DNA of 64,000 bases from Octopus sinensis (Eukaryota), in contig NC_043000.1 in NCBI RefSeq assembly GCF_006345805.1, forward strand, positions 44,640,001 to 44,704,000, written 5' to 3'. Shown one piece after another: positions 38,869-53,640 of this stretch. Position numbers and translations under genes: made by a program. Each line of letters begins with the position of its first letter. Positions within the stretch are counted from its first letter, which is position 1. Below the pieces are notes generated by a model. The model was given only the letters and a program-made list of their open reading frames with translations, was not told where the DNA came from and did no database searches.

Positions 38869-39057
38869 CGAGGGGGTGTTGAAAAGTTCCTGTCATTAAG
38901 GTCATCGCTAAAGTCCTGTTTGGACACCAAAGTTTCCTAGCTCTTTTACATGGCTTAGACGAATTAAAGGGTCTTTGCAATATGAGGTGCATATGTTGAA
39001 TAAAATTATGATGAATTGATCTTACACATAGCCAAGAGGTTTTCGGCACACACATCG
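38869..39057. mobile_element. Non-autonomous mariner-type MITE, second copy
   Basis: TA|cgagggggtgttgaaaagttcctg start, collinear with 27022-27215. Confidence 0.7.
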
Positions 39058-39085
39058 TGTGCATATGTGTATATGTGTGTAGTTA

Positions 39086-39123
<38 letters not shown>

Positions 39124-39585
39124 TGTCTGTTTGTGTGTGAGAGAGAGAGAGAGCATCCAGCTTAACGTGGACGCTTTGTTAGAACAACGAACAGGGCGTT
39201 ATTAACCTGGCGAGAACCTCTAATTTGAATTCGTGAAGCTTAGAAGCTCATATATCAATATCATTAACAGACGAACATCGTCTGCTACAACAAGCAGAAG
39301 TGCCAGCTTCCGTGATTTTGCCCTGTTTTTGGCTGCTCAGTGGCACACGTCCTGAAGCAACATAACATCCGAATCTCACTGTGGATGACATATAGAATAT
39401 CAGTGTCTTTTCAGGCTCTGATATCACAGACAGCCAGAAGACTGGTGACAAAAAGCAATATCTATGTCGAATTTAACGTGGCTGTGTTGTTGCAGCACAG
39501 AATACGGCAGTATTTACATAGTAAATCTCTCATATGAACTCGAGTCTATATGAGTAAATTTATGCACCACGACTCCATGTGAGAG

Positions 39586-41400
39586 TGTTGTATTGGGAAA
39601 CTGCATACCCCACCCGGTAAAAAGTGGTATAACAGACCCATAATAAATAGACCAGTACCCGGTCGTCAAGAGAGGGTCGAAGAGTTGAGAGTCGACAGTT
39701 CTAGTCGGTGTGTTGTGAATATATCAGCGATAGTAAGACAGAAGAAGTTAGTGTATTACTATACCAGTACGAAGAGATGCAATCGTATACGATGACTCGT
39801 AAATATTGTGGCTACTAGCGTAAAACAGCAACTAGAACAACGGCAGTCACACATTACACCACTTTACAAGAGTGACAAGGAAAAACAAATTTACGCGGAG
39901 TGAAACAGAAAAATATTCACACGGAGCGTTTAAACAGACACACGTGGAAAATTAATTAACTCAACAGAAAAGAAACAAAAATACGGTGAAAACTTATGAA
40001 AATCGTACAATATGAACGCTTTGTTAGCTGGGGTAGCTGACTTGCAAAAACAGCAACAACAACAACTCAAACAACAACAAGGATTACAGCAGGGAGTGTT
40101 ACAACTAATGAAGTCGATAATTAAACCGGAGAATACATTTTCGCCTGACCATGTAGCAAATTCCATTAGTGAATTCAAATATGACCCTGAAGAAAGAGTA
40201 ACCTTCGAGGTTTACTTTCGAAGACTTCAGTAAATTTTGAAAAAGAATGCCAGGATTGGCTGGACGAGATAAATAAAAGCTCAACCAGGTTTAACAAAAC
40301 TAGCGACAGCAGAGCAGAAGTATAGTCAGTTTATATTCTCCCCACCAAAAAATTTTAAAAATCCAACATAAATCTAACTGTCACAGTTGACATTTTGAGC
40401 GAATAGTTAAGTGTAAAAAGCTCACTAGATGCAATATTTAAACACAGAAAAGAGCGAAGGTGAAAATTTCACTACTTAGACAGGCATGGTAAAGAAAGAG
40501 TGTAAGAGATTTAGTCTGGATATGCTTACTCCAGATTCTTGTAAGTATTTGCTTTTTGTACAAGTTTGACTGATAAATGGGATGCAGAAGTCCGAACGAA
40601 AATTCTGGCAAAACTGGAAACGAACTAGGATTTGACACAGCAGAAACTATAGGAAGAGTGTGACATGATGTCGTAATTAAGGCGTGACATGGAAGAGATT
40701 CAACGGAAAGAGTGTTTTCATATAAACCAGTACAAAAAATTCGGAAGACAAATAAAGTGTTACAGGAAAAGCGGAAAAAATATCGTGATGTAGACCCATG
40801 TATGGCATGTGGTCGGATGCACCTGAAAAAAAGATTGTCCGTATAAAAAGCAAAGTATTTTCGCTGCGGGTTTACAGGACATATAAAATCGCATGCAAAA
40901 CTAGGATGATATGGAAGCATAGTGCATATCACTCATATCTGCATCACTCATATCTATGTCATTTGCAGACGAGAATCATCTGCAACAGGGGCAGAAACTG
41001 CTTGATCACGTGATCTTGCTTCGTTTTGAATTTCGCAGTAGCAGACGTCCGGCAGCGACATGACAGCCGAACTGAATTTGTTAATGACCAGCAGCCGCAC
41101 GAAGAAATAATAATAACGACAGGAGTACTGTTAATAAAATAAAAAGGCAATCTTGATAACCAGTTGAAAGTAGATGTTTTGAAAGGAGACATAGATATCA
41201 GCTTAAGGAAGCAGTTATAGAAAAGGAACCAACAAGAGTAGAGACACCGATGGATTGGAAATATGACACTTTCCAGGTTTCATCGTTATAAGAAGTCAAA
41301 ACCACACATACAAGGAAAAGGAAGAAGACTGAATTGATACTCCAGCAAGGCCACAGTCGCATAACCGAAGCAAGTAAAAGAATAAAAAGGTATGTCATTG
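39586..41400 (+). mobile_element. Internally deleted Ty3/Gypsy LTR retrotransposon: 5' LTR, decayed gag and a pol C-terminal remnant
   Basis: Putative LTR TG(39586)...CA(39868), followed by a degenerate PBS-like agagtgacaagg. The gag from 40012 shows SISEFKYDPEERVTFEVYFRR and Zn knuckles CMACGRMHLKKDC and FRCGFTGH (40797-40900). ETPMDWKYDTFQV near 41240 resembles the post-integrase tail. No PR/RT/RH/IN and no 3' LTR are seen. Confidence 0.8.
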
Positions 41401-41431
41401 TAATCCCGAGCGGCGCCGGATATGCACTATA

Positions 41432-41464
<33 letters not shown>

Positions 41465-41611
41465 TATATAAATAAATAAATAAATAACTATATATACATA
41501 TATATATAATGTATCAAGTAGACAGTGTGAAAAACCAGATAAGGGGAAAATGTATACAATGTATATAATTATATATAATTATTCCCTTTAAATATAAATA
41601 CATTCATTCTA

Positions 41612-42041
41612 TTAAGGGCTATTATTATACGTAAATGCCTCACGCTGTAAAGGACTCTTCAAGTTAAAACTACTTTAATAAATATACACGGTAATGAAAG
41701 CGGGGAAAGTAACTCAGAAGTCGCCCTTTAAAGACAGATTTAGCCTCAAATCACATATGGTGTCATAGTGTACATAATACACGTTCCACTCCTCAGTGCA
41801 AACATAATCAAGATACATAAAATTTAACACGTATATACCAGGCAAACACCAAACATAGCGTATACAAATGCTCACACTTATATAGCCATATAAAAGGCGG
41901 GCTTCTAAAATTATATATCGGCCCGACATTCATTTTGTTAAGGCTATTACTAAACGTAAATGCTTCATGTTGTAAGGGACTCTGTAAGGGACATTTAAAA
42001 CTACACCGTACCGAAAGTGAGAAATGTAACTCGGAAGTTGC
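41612..42041. repeat. Diverged direct repeat of about 110 bp at about 320-bp spacing
   Basis: 41612-41727 (aagggctattattatacgtaaatgcctcacgctgtaaaggactct...gtaactcagaagtcgcc) versus 41936-42041 (aaggctattactaaacgtaaatgcttcatgttgtaagggactct...gtaactcggaagttgcc). Confidence 0.7.
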
Positions 42042-42054
42042 CTATATAGGTATA

Positions 42055-42357
<303 letters not shown>

Positions 42358-42628
42358 GGAAGTTAGATAGAGATAATGGCACTGAAAATTTCTGAGGAAT
42401 GTTGTTGCACTGAATTCTGATTGCATTGCTTCTTGTAACCGAAGCTAATGAATTTGATCATGTGACTCTTTCATCTTATTTTCTATTAACATTATACTTT
42501 AAACTCTCCTAATACTCTTCTCTAATGCATGTGCATATTCAGTTCTGGTTATTAGTATTGCTCAAGTTAAATTTTCACATACACATACACGCCTGCGCGC
42601 ACGTACACACACAAACAGATACATATAG

Positions 42629-42695
<67 letters not shown>

Positions 42696-44248
42696 TGTAT
42701 ATATAGATAGATAGATAGAATGTTAGATATATATATAGATAAGCAGGCATGTATATATGCACGTATGTAAATGTACATAGTATAATGTACTATTGAACAA
42801 GTCTATAAATATTTTATCAAAACTCTGCATACAAAACATATACAACTTGTCTTCTCTACAATTGACTAGTTAGGTATCTGTTTCTATATCTTTGAAATTT
42901 TCAGATCATATGCTTGTTGCTAATCTTAAATCAATATTTTGTGACACATATACCAATAAAATTTCTACTATATCATGCTAATGATTTTGTTTGATTTTTT
43001 AAAAACTTATTTAATAGTCACTGATTTAATATTTTATTCAGAACTGTATAACTAAGTGCATGAAAAATTTACTCAGATTTCACGTTACGTTTCATATTGT
43101 TTGAGATACACGTCCACATTTTAAATGTTTTAAATATACATAAAATGAATATTATTCTATATAATTTTTCGTCATTACTTTAAAAGTATTTCTTCTATAA
43201 CTGATATACGGGCACTGAGTACCACAATAAATTATTTTCATTATGTTATTCGTACTTAATCTATACGATCATATTTGCTGTGTAACCCTTAAATATTGAA
43301 CTCTAATATTACCTAAAAATATTTCCAGGTTCAAATACTTCGCAAGTTTATTTTTATGTTATGTTGCTTTTCATCAAGTTTTATGGGCCATTATCTCTTA
43401 TTTCTTTCATATGGTACCTTTTAGTTGCAAAACATTCTCGACACTAAATTTTACGCTTGGCGCCATAAATTGTCTTACTTTTATCTTCCTAATATAAATT
43501 CACCATATTTCAATGCACATTTTTCATTTAGAATTACATTAAAGGATATTCCATATATTTTAATAGTGAAATTCGAAATAATCGTAGGAAATCCGTTTGT
43601 TTCATTGTTCTGCGCTCATTCGTGTCTTTTTCATTTCACTTAAATTCGGGCTTCTCTTAATCTATCTTTATATTTTTTTTATTTACGTTCTCCCCTTAAT
43701 ATATTTCAAAAATATTTACGCTGGCGTGTGCATATGCAAACGCATACGCTCTACGTATACTGAATCGATAAACATATTCATAAAAAAATTAAAACCAAAC
43801 CACCACAGTAAGTAACTAGCTTTCATTATTAGTTTTAAAAAATGTTGCCGTCATGCAGAGGAAAACAATCGTACACAGATATTCATAACCTGATCCAATA
43901 CATCGCTGAATAAATGCAAAGGTGTGACAGCTACTAGAAGAAAGCACAACCCCAGACCTACAGATTTGTCTGAAGTAAAAGGAAATGATATGCTTTACTA
44001 CAGAGGAGTCATTCGAAATAAGCGAATTTTAGTCGACTTCAATAAACCAGTTTTATTCACAAGGTATAGTTCAAAGCAAGGTATAGAAAATGTATTTTTC
44101 CTAAAGTCCTTTTCTACGATGTCACGTTGAACGCTGGACCATGAACTTGGAAAAGCAATGTTCTTAAACATTCATTATGCCATACTGTGCACGTGCTCAA
44201 CCACAGACTCACACCAACACACAAACACACACATACATGCATATATAC

Positions 44249-44285
<37 letters not shown>

Positions 44286-44408
44286 TCAGAATTTGAGGAA
44301 GCAATGTCCCTGTAAGGGATAGTGAAAAAGCGATCCAGATGCCAACTGTGTTTCACCAAATATATTCATAGAAAGTTCCTCAATATATATATATGTGTGT
44401 GTGTGTGT

Positions 44409-44615
44409 GTTTGTGTTTGTCTCCTCAACATCGCTTGACAACCGATGCTGGTGTGTTTGCATCCCCGTAACGAAGCCGTTCGGCAAAAGAGAACGATAGA
44501 ATAAGTAACAGACTTACAAAGCATAAGTACTGGCGTCGATTTGCTCGACTAAAGGCGGTGCTCCCGCATGGCCACAGTCAAATGACTAAAACAAGTAAAA
44601 GTGTAAAAGAGTAAA
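44409..44615 (+). mobile_element. SINE family A 3' half
   Basis: caacatcgcttgacaaccgatgctggtgtgtttgcatccccgtaac...ggcggtgctcccgcatggccacagtcaaatgactaaaacaagtaaaag; reverse complement of 6957-7145. Confidence 0.9.
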
Positions 44616-44673
44616 CCTTTTAAAAAATTTAAATTTAAAAAATCGAAAAATCGGTGGCAAGTTAGTTGCAAGC

Positions 44674-44803
<130 letters not shown>

Positions 44804-45524
44804 ATGTATGTGTATTTATATACATATATATAATCTTACATTTCAAGAAGATTATTGTGAAATAAATATGAATGACGTGTATATCATACATAATGGTACA
44901 CAAATCGGCATAATAAAATAATGATGCTTCATAATAAGTATATTTATTAAGAAAACAGCTTCTACAATTTCGGAACACATATCATTATGCCTATCATGAG
45001 CATATGAATTCTAACATATCGCTAATAGCCATCACTTGACTGCATGCAAACGACATTTGAAAAGTTGAAAGTTAATGCCTTTTCCTGATACTTTAAGTTA
45101 TTTTACAAAGTTTCATAGATATTAAATCTATTGTTTACAAAATTCGAACAAATTTGTTAAGAGAGAATAAAATGTATTCTCTGTTATAGATTGGAATAAC
45201 TATAGTGTATAAAAATGCAAGTAGACCATACAACCATGTATGTATATCCATATACTACACATTATGCATTTATTAATGTAGAGTGAGTGATTGTATATGT
45301 ACGGGAGAGAGTCAAATTATCATATTAATATGAAGGAAGTATTTTCTAATTAGGATGTTATCAAGTCTGCTGTTGACATCCTAAACATCATTAGCAATAT
45401 CAGAATATTGTTCGCAGTCTAACAATATATTTCGGTTCACCGATATAGTGATGTAACATATATTCGAAAATGTTACCTTAGTATAATTATTTGTTTTCAC
45501 ACTCTCACTCTCTATTTTTATGCA

Positions 45525-45575
<51 letters not shown>

Positions 45576-47486
45576 ATATGTATGTATGTATATATATATA
45601 TTTATATACATTTATATATATGTATATATATATAGAAATAATCGTACGTATGTATATGTATACACACACAGCGTGCTTGTCTCACACACACTCACATTTC
45701 CTGATGACTGACTACCGAATTCTAGCGAAATCTCTTACCAACACGTCGTAGTTGCGAAGAGAATTCTTTTCGTCTGTCTTAACACGTGCCTGAATACCTG
45801 TTTCCTGAGCGTCATGCATGAAGATAAGAAAGAGAGAGATATGGTTGGACCTGATATATCTTCATTGCTCAGCTATTCCAATGTGTATTGCTTTTTGCCT
45901 GCATACTTTCCTTAAACAAGCATCATAGTAATTCTCGATCTAAATATGTGAACTTATCAGTGAAGAACATCCTCTATTAGAAATTTCATTTTTGTCTTAA
46001 ATACATATACTTAGAATGGTTGAATATATTTATATTTTTCTTTTAATTACCTTAACTGAAATATTGACTTTAAATTCTACATATGTACTGAGGCTTGACA
46101 ATTCCTGCAACTGAAAAAATGATGGAAATTTATATCCCCGAATAAAATCACATAATTACTATGAATTTATGAGTTCTTTTCGATAACCGACTCGGATAGT
46201 AGAAAATCTCTTGTATCAGCTTATTGTCCTAATAATTTTGTCGCTTGATTAAAGGCATTCATCATATGAATGCTACTTGTTAGTCTCTGTAGTAAAGATA
46301 ATAACCGAGAATTCTAAAATCAAATCTGACATTGTAGTTTGTCGTTCGTAAATAAATTTGATGTTTTTGCAGCATATAATGGGGGCAACGGTGAATAAAT
46401 TCAGCTGATCAGAGAAAAATCGGTGGGCGATAACGTCAGCTCTCAAAGAATTTCAATAAACAGACTTGAAATTGCAGTAAGCAAAACCTTTCACAGTAGA
46501 ATCTCAAGTATCCCCAACAATTATTTTACAGTCGACAGGTCTGGATGCTGATTTCCGATCGAAAAACAAAGATAGCTTGATTGCTCATTAGTTCGCCAAG
46601 GATGCTTGGCCATTGCGTTGCGAATCAGTCAATATGTCGATGAGTATTATTGATCATCAAACAAAACACCAATTGTTACAGGAAAAACAAGCTTCACTGT
46701 TTATTTGTGGTTATTGATTGGCTGGTCCATGTCGATATTTTAGTCACTGTGAGTAGTAGATGTATTCACATCGATTCACTCGCTGGGCTAAAATTTAGAT
46801 GGCATTCATTGCTCAAAAACAACACGAATTTTACACAATACGCTAACACTGACGGATTAAGATTTTGATATTATCAAAAGAAATGAAATTGGTCTGGATG
46901 CTTGCAACAGAAATCGTACAATATAGAGCAACAAATAATGAAATAACCTCTATGTAACCGATTTCCTTGGTAGAAATAGGTTAAGATTTCCCTTACATCT
47001 CACAATACTCCCTTTAGTCATAAATCGTTACATTGGGCAAGGGGATTGATTTCTTAGTTTATTACATTTTCCTAGTCAAAAGTTGGTGTAAGGCTCAATT
47101 GAAAGAAATCGATGCTGAATAATACATAAATATTAATCAGTTAGGATGCAACCAAAGCAATAATGTCTGCAAGCAATTGAAATAATCTAAATTTGTTTCT
47201 AATTAAATAGGTATTAAACAAACAATTATGAAGTTTAGAAACACTGCAACTTATTAATTTCATCAGGTTGATTTATCAGTGAAATTAGGATATTTGAAAT
47301 ATAATATATTCACTAAACGTTTAAAATAAGATGTGCGCATCAAAATTCAAATGAACATAGTATATATTTTACTCTGTCAAAATTGTGGGTTTATGTATAA
47401 ACTTTGGAATCTCTAATACCAAGATTAAAATAGAAATAATTTGTGTAAAGTGACTGAGGCGAATTAAACATGGGTGCTTTCTGCAT

Positions 47487-47499
47487 CTCTCTCTCTCTC

Positions 47500-47540
<41 letters not shown>

Positions 47541-48400
47541 GTCTTGGCATATTTATACTTTAGACGAATCATTGCTTGTTCCTCCTCCAGTTATTTCTGT
47601 CTCTGACAACATCACCCAGGTCTTTTTCGCTCTGCATGTTCAATCTCTTCTTTATCCAGTCAAACAACTTCATTCCCTGCTTTTCTCTCGCCCTCCTACC
47701 CACCAGCTCAGTCTTCACCATGTAACGCTCCATTCCGTCATCCTCTCTGAGAAAATGACCAACAATTCTTCACTGTTTCTGTCTTAGAGTATCAATCAAC
47801 TGTCTCTTCACTTTCATCTTCTTCAGCACTTCCACATTCAACACCCTTTCTATCCACGAAATAAAGCCACATTTACATTTCTGCAGCTCCTTGAATTTGC
47901 TGATCTCCCAAGTCTCACATCCATACGTCAGTACCGAGCAGATGTAGCAATTCAATAGTCTTTTCTTGACTTCCATTCCAATTCTCTTTGCACAAAATAT
48001 GCTCCACATATCCATAAAATTCTTCTTTGCTAATCCATTTCTGCATTTGATGTCTTTATCTGACCTTCCATCTGATTTTATCCAACTTCACAGATATATA
48101 AAACTCCTTCTACTTTATCCCAGTTCCGTCCACCATCAAGCGATATACTGGTACCTGTGCTTCTTTGTACAGACCATTAAAAGGTTTTCTGACAGTTAAT
48201 CTTCAATCCAAGCAGTCCACTCGCCTTAGACGCGATATTAATCCCTGAAGCTTCTTTTCTGTGTCCGCCAACAAAGCCGTATCACCCGCGTACCTCAGAT
48301 TGTTATAATTCCTTTTCCCCAATCGTAGCTCTGCAATTGTCTTGATGCTCTTTAGAGCTTTCTCACTATACAGGTGGAATAAATCAGGTTTGTGCATATC
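47487..48400 (-). mobile_element. RTE-clade LINE, 5'-truncated, with (GA)n tail
   Basis: Minus strand: NNLRYAGDTALLADTEKKLQGLI (YADD motif mutated), KKRLLNCYICSVLTYGCETWEI, SWIERVLNVEVLKKM. Confidence 0.9.
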
Positions 48401-49223
48401 AATAACAAATACGATAATGTCTAATTTATTTTATATAGAAAGTTGAACAATTTTGATCAAGATGGACTTTCGAAGTAATTAGTTACTAAACATCCCCTGT
48501 TGGTAAGTTTAAAATTGAAAACAAGATAGATAGCTACAGTGTGATCGGTAGTTGAACGGAAATTGTATACAATATAAACAATGCAGTTTTGAGTGAATTT
48601 TGTCTCTAAACCTAGATGTTGAAAGCCACAGACATTTCCTTACGATAAACAGCGATGCAAATACTCTCCAGGTGTTACTGTTGTTTAAGCACTTTAATAA
48701 ACTGATATCATTTCAAGTATTTCTTTTCCTTGTTTCCAGATAATAAATATATCTTGAGGATATTTCCACTATGAAGTATTTTGATAATCTTACTTGATCT
48801 ACCATTTTGTTACATGGCATATATGATATTATCATATTTGTTTAAACCATTTATATCCTATTGTAAGATGTTTTCTCAATTCAAACAATCGTTGATAATT
48901 ATTGCTTGTATATAGTATTTACAATAATAAGCAGATGCTAGGTAACTCTCATCGACCATATTACACTGGTCTATCATAGATTTATTTTCAGAGACGAGAT
49001 AGTACACAAAAGACATGAATGAATTCTTCTATTCTTCGCCATTAGTATTACTATGTCTTGCACGAATGTAAAGCAAAATAACCATCTAAATAAGATGGGA
49101 AAATAACAAAGAGATAAACCAAGTAATGAGTTACAGTTCCAAAACAAAATTTATTTAGGCTAAAAAATCCCATATTATTTGTGTACCTGATCATCAGCAA
49201 TTTAGAACCATCTATCTAACAAC

Positions 49224-49352
49224 ATGTATGTATGTATGTATGTATGTATGTATGTATGTATGTATGTATGTATGTATGTATGCATGTATGTATGTATGTA
49301 TGTATGTATGTATGTATGTATGTATGTATATATGTATGTATGTATGTATGTA
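49224..49352. repeat. (TATG)n microsatellite
   Basis: Directly visible. Confidence 0.97.
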
Positions 49353-51557
49353 TGTGTGAGTGCTTGTACGTGTATGTGTATGACTTTGAGTAAAAGAAAG
49401 ATATATAAACAGTGATTAATACGTCACTGGTGTCGCAAAAAGCTGTGAGTTTGAATAAAATCATGGTATTTGATTAATGAATATATATACATGAGCACAC
49501 ACACTCACACACACATATATATATACTGTACGAAAGTCACAATAATGCCGTATTCTTCTTGAGAAGGCGTCTCGTATAAACATTTAGTGCTAACTGCTCT
49601 GAACAGAATCTCTGTTCTGACAACAATTCTCTGCGCAGCACCTGTATACACGACTTTTTTTAATGTTACAAGAAATAATTATTTTTGAACGGTGCATTAA
49701 TCAGAGACGGGTCTATGTGAATACAAAATACTAAGATACACAATGCATTGTTTCTCCCCATATATGCTCTGAATGCTTAGATATGATCAAATGTATTCCC
49801 TAAGCGAACCTCATATCTCTAATTCAGATAGCATATTAAGAAGTATGATTTTCATTGTAACATTCCTTTTTCTTATAAGGCGAAAGAGTTATTTGAGAGA
49901 GCTTTCGCAATTATTTTTGGTATACCAAGTTTAGCCGAATCTTTCACTCGCTTTTAAACCTCGTCTACCTGGTGTATGAGCACCTTTAGCTGTGTTTTCA
50001 CCTATTATCAGGTTTATGGAATAATGACAGGAAATGACCTTCTACCTCTAACTCATATGATTCAGTTAAAAATTATAAGGACATTCTCTTGCCTGTTCGT
50101 ACACATGCCGTGAGCTGCAGTCAAGTATCTTAATTTTATACAAATTCAAATGAAGAAATGAACTCACCTCTGCAAGCTATCAAAAATACAACTTCTTAGT
50201 TAAGTGGAAATTGCTTGAATTGCATACCATCGAGTGTTTTAACGTAATATCATATGAGACATAGTAACGACTAGATGGAAAGTAATTCAGAGATTTAGAG
50301 CGTGTAAGTTTCATATATATCACACCGCTGGTGAAAAGATTGATAGGATATGAACCGCTAAACTTTTACTGTTAGTTGGACACCTTGTTGACTTCAGCAA
50401 CTTCTTACACTCTGTTTCATAGTACATTATGAGTGGAGAATATAATGCATTAGTTCAAATGGCATTTGCTAAGGAAGTTTTATTTACTTGCAATACAAGT
50501 AATGGGACTGCTCAATAGCCATTAATCTATAAAGATAGAGAGGAAGAAAGGAGATTCAGTCTGTTGATTGCTCTTACCTCAGCTTTCAGTGTTATTCATG
50601 TTACTTTGCATAATTTTCTTCTGCTGCTGAGAAAAAATGTAGTGTACTACTACAAAGGTTTGAGTAGTGTTACTTAATGCTATTGTATTTTATAGCCTAA
50701 ATTATAGCTTCATAGGAAAACACCAAAAATAAAAAATTAAAGAAAATCAGGCAAATGGTAACTAAACATTGCTGTGATGGAATATTCAGAAGCAGGAAGT
50801 AAAACTATTAGGAAAACAACCAGCATGTAATTATCTGCTTTAATGCAGCTTCACTCAACACTTGACTTTTCTGAAACACACATCCTTCAGCATTGAATCG
50901 GTTTCGTTCATGTATATTTATGGGTCATTAATTTCATGTTAACTGATGCTGAAATATTAAACAGATACAAAATTTATTTTGAAATCTAATCTAATTAGCT
51001 ATGAAAATTTATTGATATTCCTAAACCTATAAAATTAATAGTCATTAAGTATTAAAATGAAGAATACAGAAACAAAAAATATATTTATTTTGTCCTCCGC
51101 TTTTGTTCTACTTATTTAATTTTGTTTAAACGATAGGCATAAGACATTGGTTGCGCTGTTGTCTCAACATGTCAAAATTTATCTTGGTTTTGTGAAACAA
51201 CGAGTAATATTTTGAAATGATTTAGTGAATGAATTTCTAATATGAAAACATATTTAATAAACGAAAGGGTTCCCAAAACATATCATTGTCTTTTTTACAC
51301 TCTTTTTTCCTTCTTTAGCTTCTTTATATTTATATTCACCAAAATTACAAATAACTGCACCTAAACTTTATTCAAATTCCATATGGATAGAGATTTGATG
51401 GTATGCAAAAGATGTTCAATCTGGCAATACCTTGAGCAATTTAATGAATAAATTGCATATGTATAAAATATATATTGAATGTAGCTGAATAGGAAATTTA
51501 GCTTAAAGCTCGAATCTAATGTAGGAAGCTGTTCAGCAAGGAAATTAGGATTCATTT

Positions 51558-51660
51558 TATGATTCCTGTATAAATATATACAGGTATGATTCCTGTATAG
51601 ATATATACAGGTATGATTCCTGTATAGATATATATACAAGTATGATTCCTGAATAGATAT
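51558..51660. repeat. 27-bp minisatellite, about 3.5 copies, with self-complementary unit
   Basis: Unit tatgattCCTGTATA-gata-TATACAGG. Confidence 0.9.
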
Positions 51661-53068
51661 AGAATAAGCAACAGACAATAACTTTGGTAAATATCCTACA
51701 GCAAGTTAGTGGAGATGTTTCTTACATAAAAAAACGAAGTGCATAGAAAAGAAGCCATATAGTCGTTTACACTTATGACAAAAAAAAACAACACATTATG
51801 GAATGTGTTGATTTGTTGGCTTCTTAAGGAACGTTCAATATTGTCGTAGTTTCATCAACTTTGGGATTTATTATTTTTTGTTTTTGTAGACGATGTATCT
51901 TCCAATATTTAAAACTACTATTCCAAAGATATTCTAAAAATTTCTGTGCATGACATTTGATGTGTTAGAAATATGTCTACAATTTCCTCCAAATACAAAT
52001 GAAATTTTTCCCTCTTCCAGAAAGAGATATATATTACATAAAATCGATCCCAATATATAATGAAAAGCATTTGATAATTATTATTAAAATGTAATGCACT
52101 TGAATAATTTGTTCTCATTTAGAAATTCACAATAGCTGATTGCATGTTATATTCGGCACTCAAAGTTTATGAATGTCTCAGTGGCTAGAAATGATACAAC
52201 GCAAAAGCAAAATGTTATAGCTTTTAATTACAGCCCTTTTTATTGGAAGAATTTAAATTCTCTCAAGACCTAATTTTCTATTAACATATTCCTAACACAA
52301 GAACTCTAGCTACCTATATGATATGGAAACCAACTAAACCGAGTATTCCATTCCCCCTCATTATCAGAGAGTATCTATCGCCATGATTGCTTAAACGACG
52401 TATAGAATGTTGTGGTTGATTACATCACTGGCAGTAAAACAAAACAGTGCCTTTTAATTTTTGTTTAATTTTACGAATAATAATAATATGTAATCACCGA
52501 CTAATTTTGAATGGTTTTAGCTGTAGGGAGAAAATTCCCACCTGATGCTAATAAAAGACCAAATATGATATCGAATTGTGAAGTGGACAAATAATGTCGA
52601 AGTAACTGTTATTAGAAGGACATCAACAACTAAGAGATTCAAACTGCTGACACTTTGGTTTGGTACCTATCATCATATCAACACAATCAACTATGAAGAT
52701 ACAATTAAACTCCAAAGTTGAACTTTTCCGTCAAAACTGTCGTACTTCTATGTATATTGAATAAATAAAGGATTTGAGAGCTAAACATGTAGCATGAAAA
52801 TATTTAGCACATTATACATACACACATACATGCATTCATACATATACGTATGCATACAGTCAGACATATTTTATGTGAGATATTCAACCTAAGTGTTTGT
52901 GTAGTGTCTATCTATTTATATAGCTATCTCTATATGTATGTATATAAAGTGAAACGAATATAACATTTGCGATGTTACACACATACACATGTATACGTGT
53001 ACACACTTATATATATATATATATACCTATGAATACAGACATATATATATATATTTGTGTGTAGATAT

Positions 53069-53101
<33 letters not shown>

Positions 53102-53376
53102 GTATGTCCGTATATACATACATGTATCTATGAATACATACACATAGATTTATATTTGTATGCCACAGTTGACTGTTATATTTTATATATATGTAAGTCT
53201 ATGCATGAGTGTATGTTTGTGAATGTGTGTCTATATATCTGCACTACTTTATGCATGTTTGAGAATGTATATAAGCGTATTCATATTTATCAGATAATGC
53301 AGATTCCTGTGATCTATTTTATTTGAGAACTATTTAATTTCAGTCATATCACTTCCATTCATAGTGTTCTTAAGAA

Positions 53377-53417
53377 TTATTATTATTATTATTATTATCA
53401 TCATCATCATCATCATT

Positions 53418-53497
<80 letters not shown>

Positions 53498-53555
53498 TTT
53501 CATTATTATTAGTATTATTATTATTGAGGTTGTTATATCATTATTGCTATTATTA

Positions 53556-53628
<73 letters not shown>

Positions 53629-53640
53629 CATTATTATTAT
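53377..53640. repeat. (ATT)n/(ATC)n compound trinucleotide microsatellite
   Basis: Directly visible; the poly-I/M/N/L ORFs are artefacts. Confidence 0.97.

Noticed and set aside
39240-39540. Coding-like segment upstream of the Gypsy LTR
   Set aside because: All frames are interrupted or unrecognisable; no family could be assigned.
45698-45740. CTGATGA...GAAA motif
   Set aside because: No convincing helix II, helix I or cleavage triplet; likely chance.
46340-46930. Plus-strand frame with a faint cadherin-like phrase (NNYFTVDRSG)
   Set aside because: Many stops and no DxNDN, LDRE or DxG motifs; not supportable.
51558-51660. CRISPR-like array of palindromic repeats
   Set aside because: There are no unique spacers, no cas genes, and the context is eukaryotic; it is a minisatellite.
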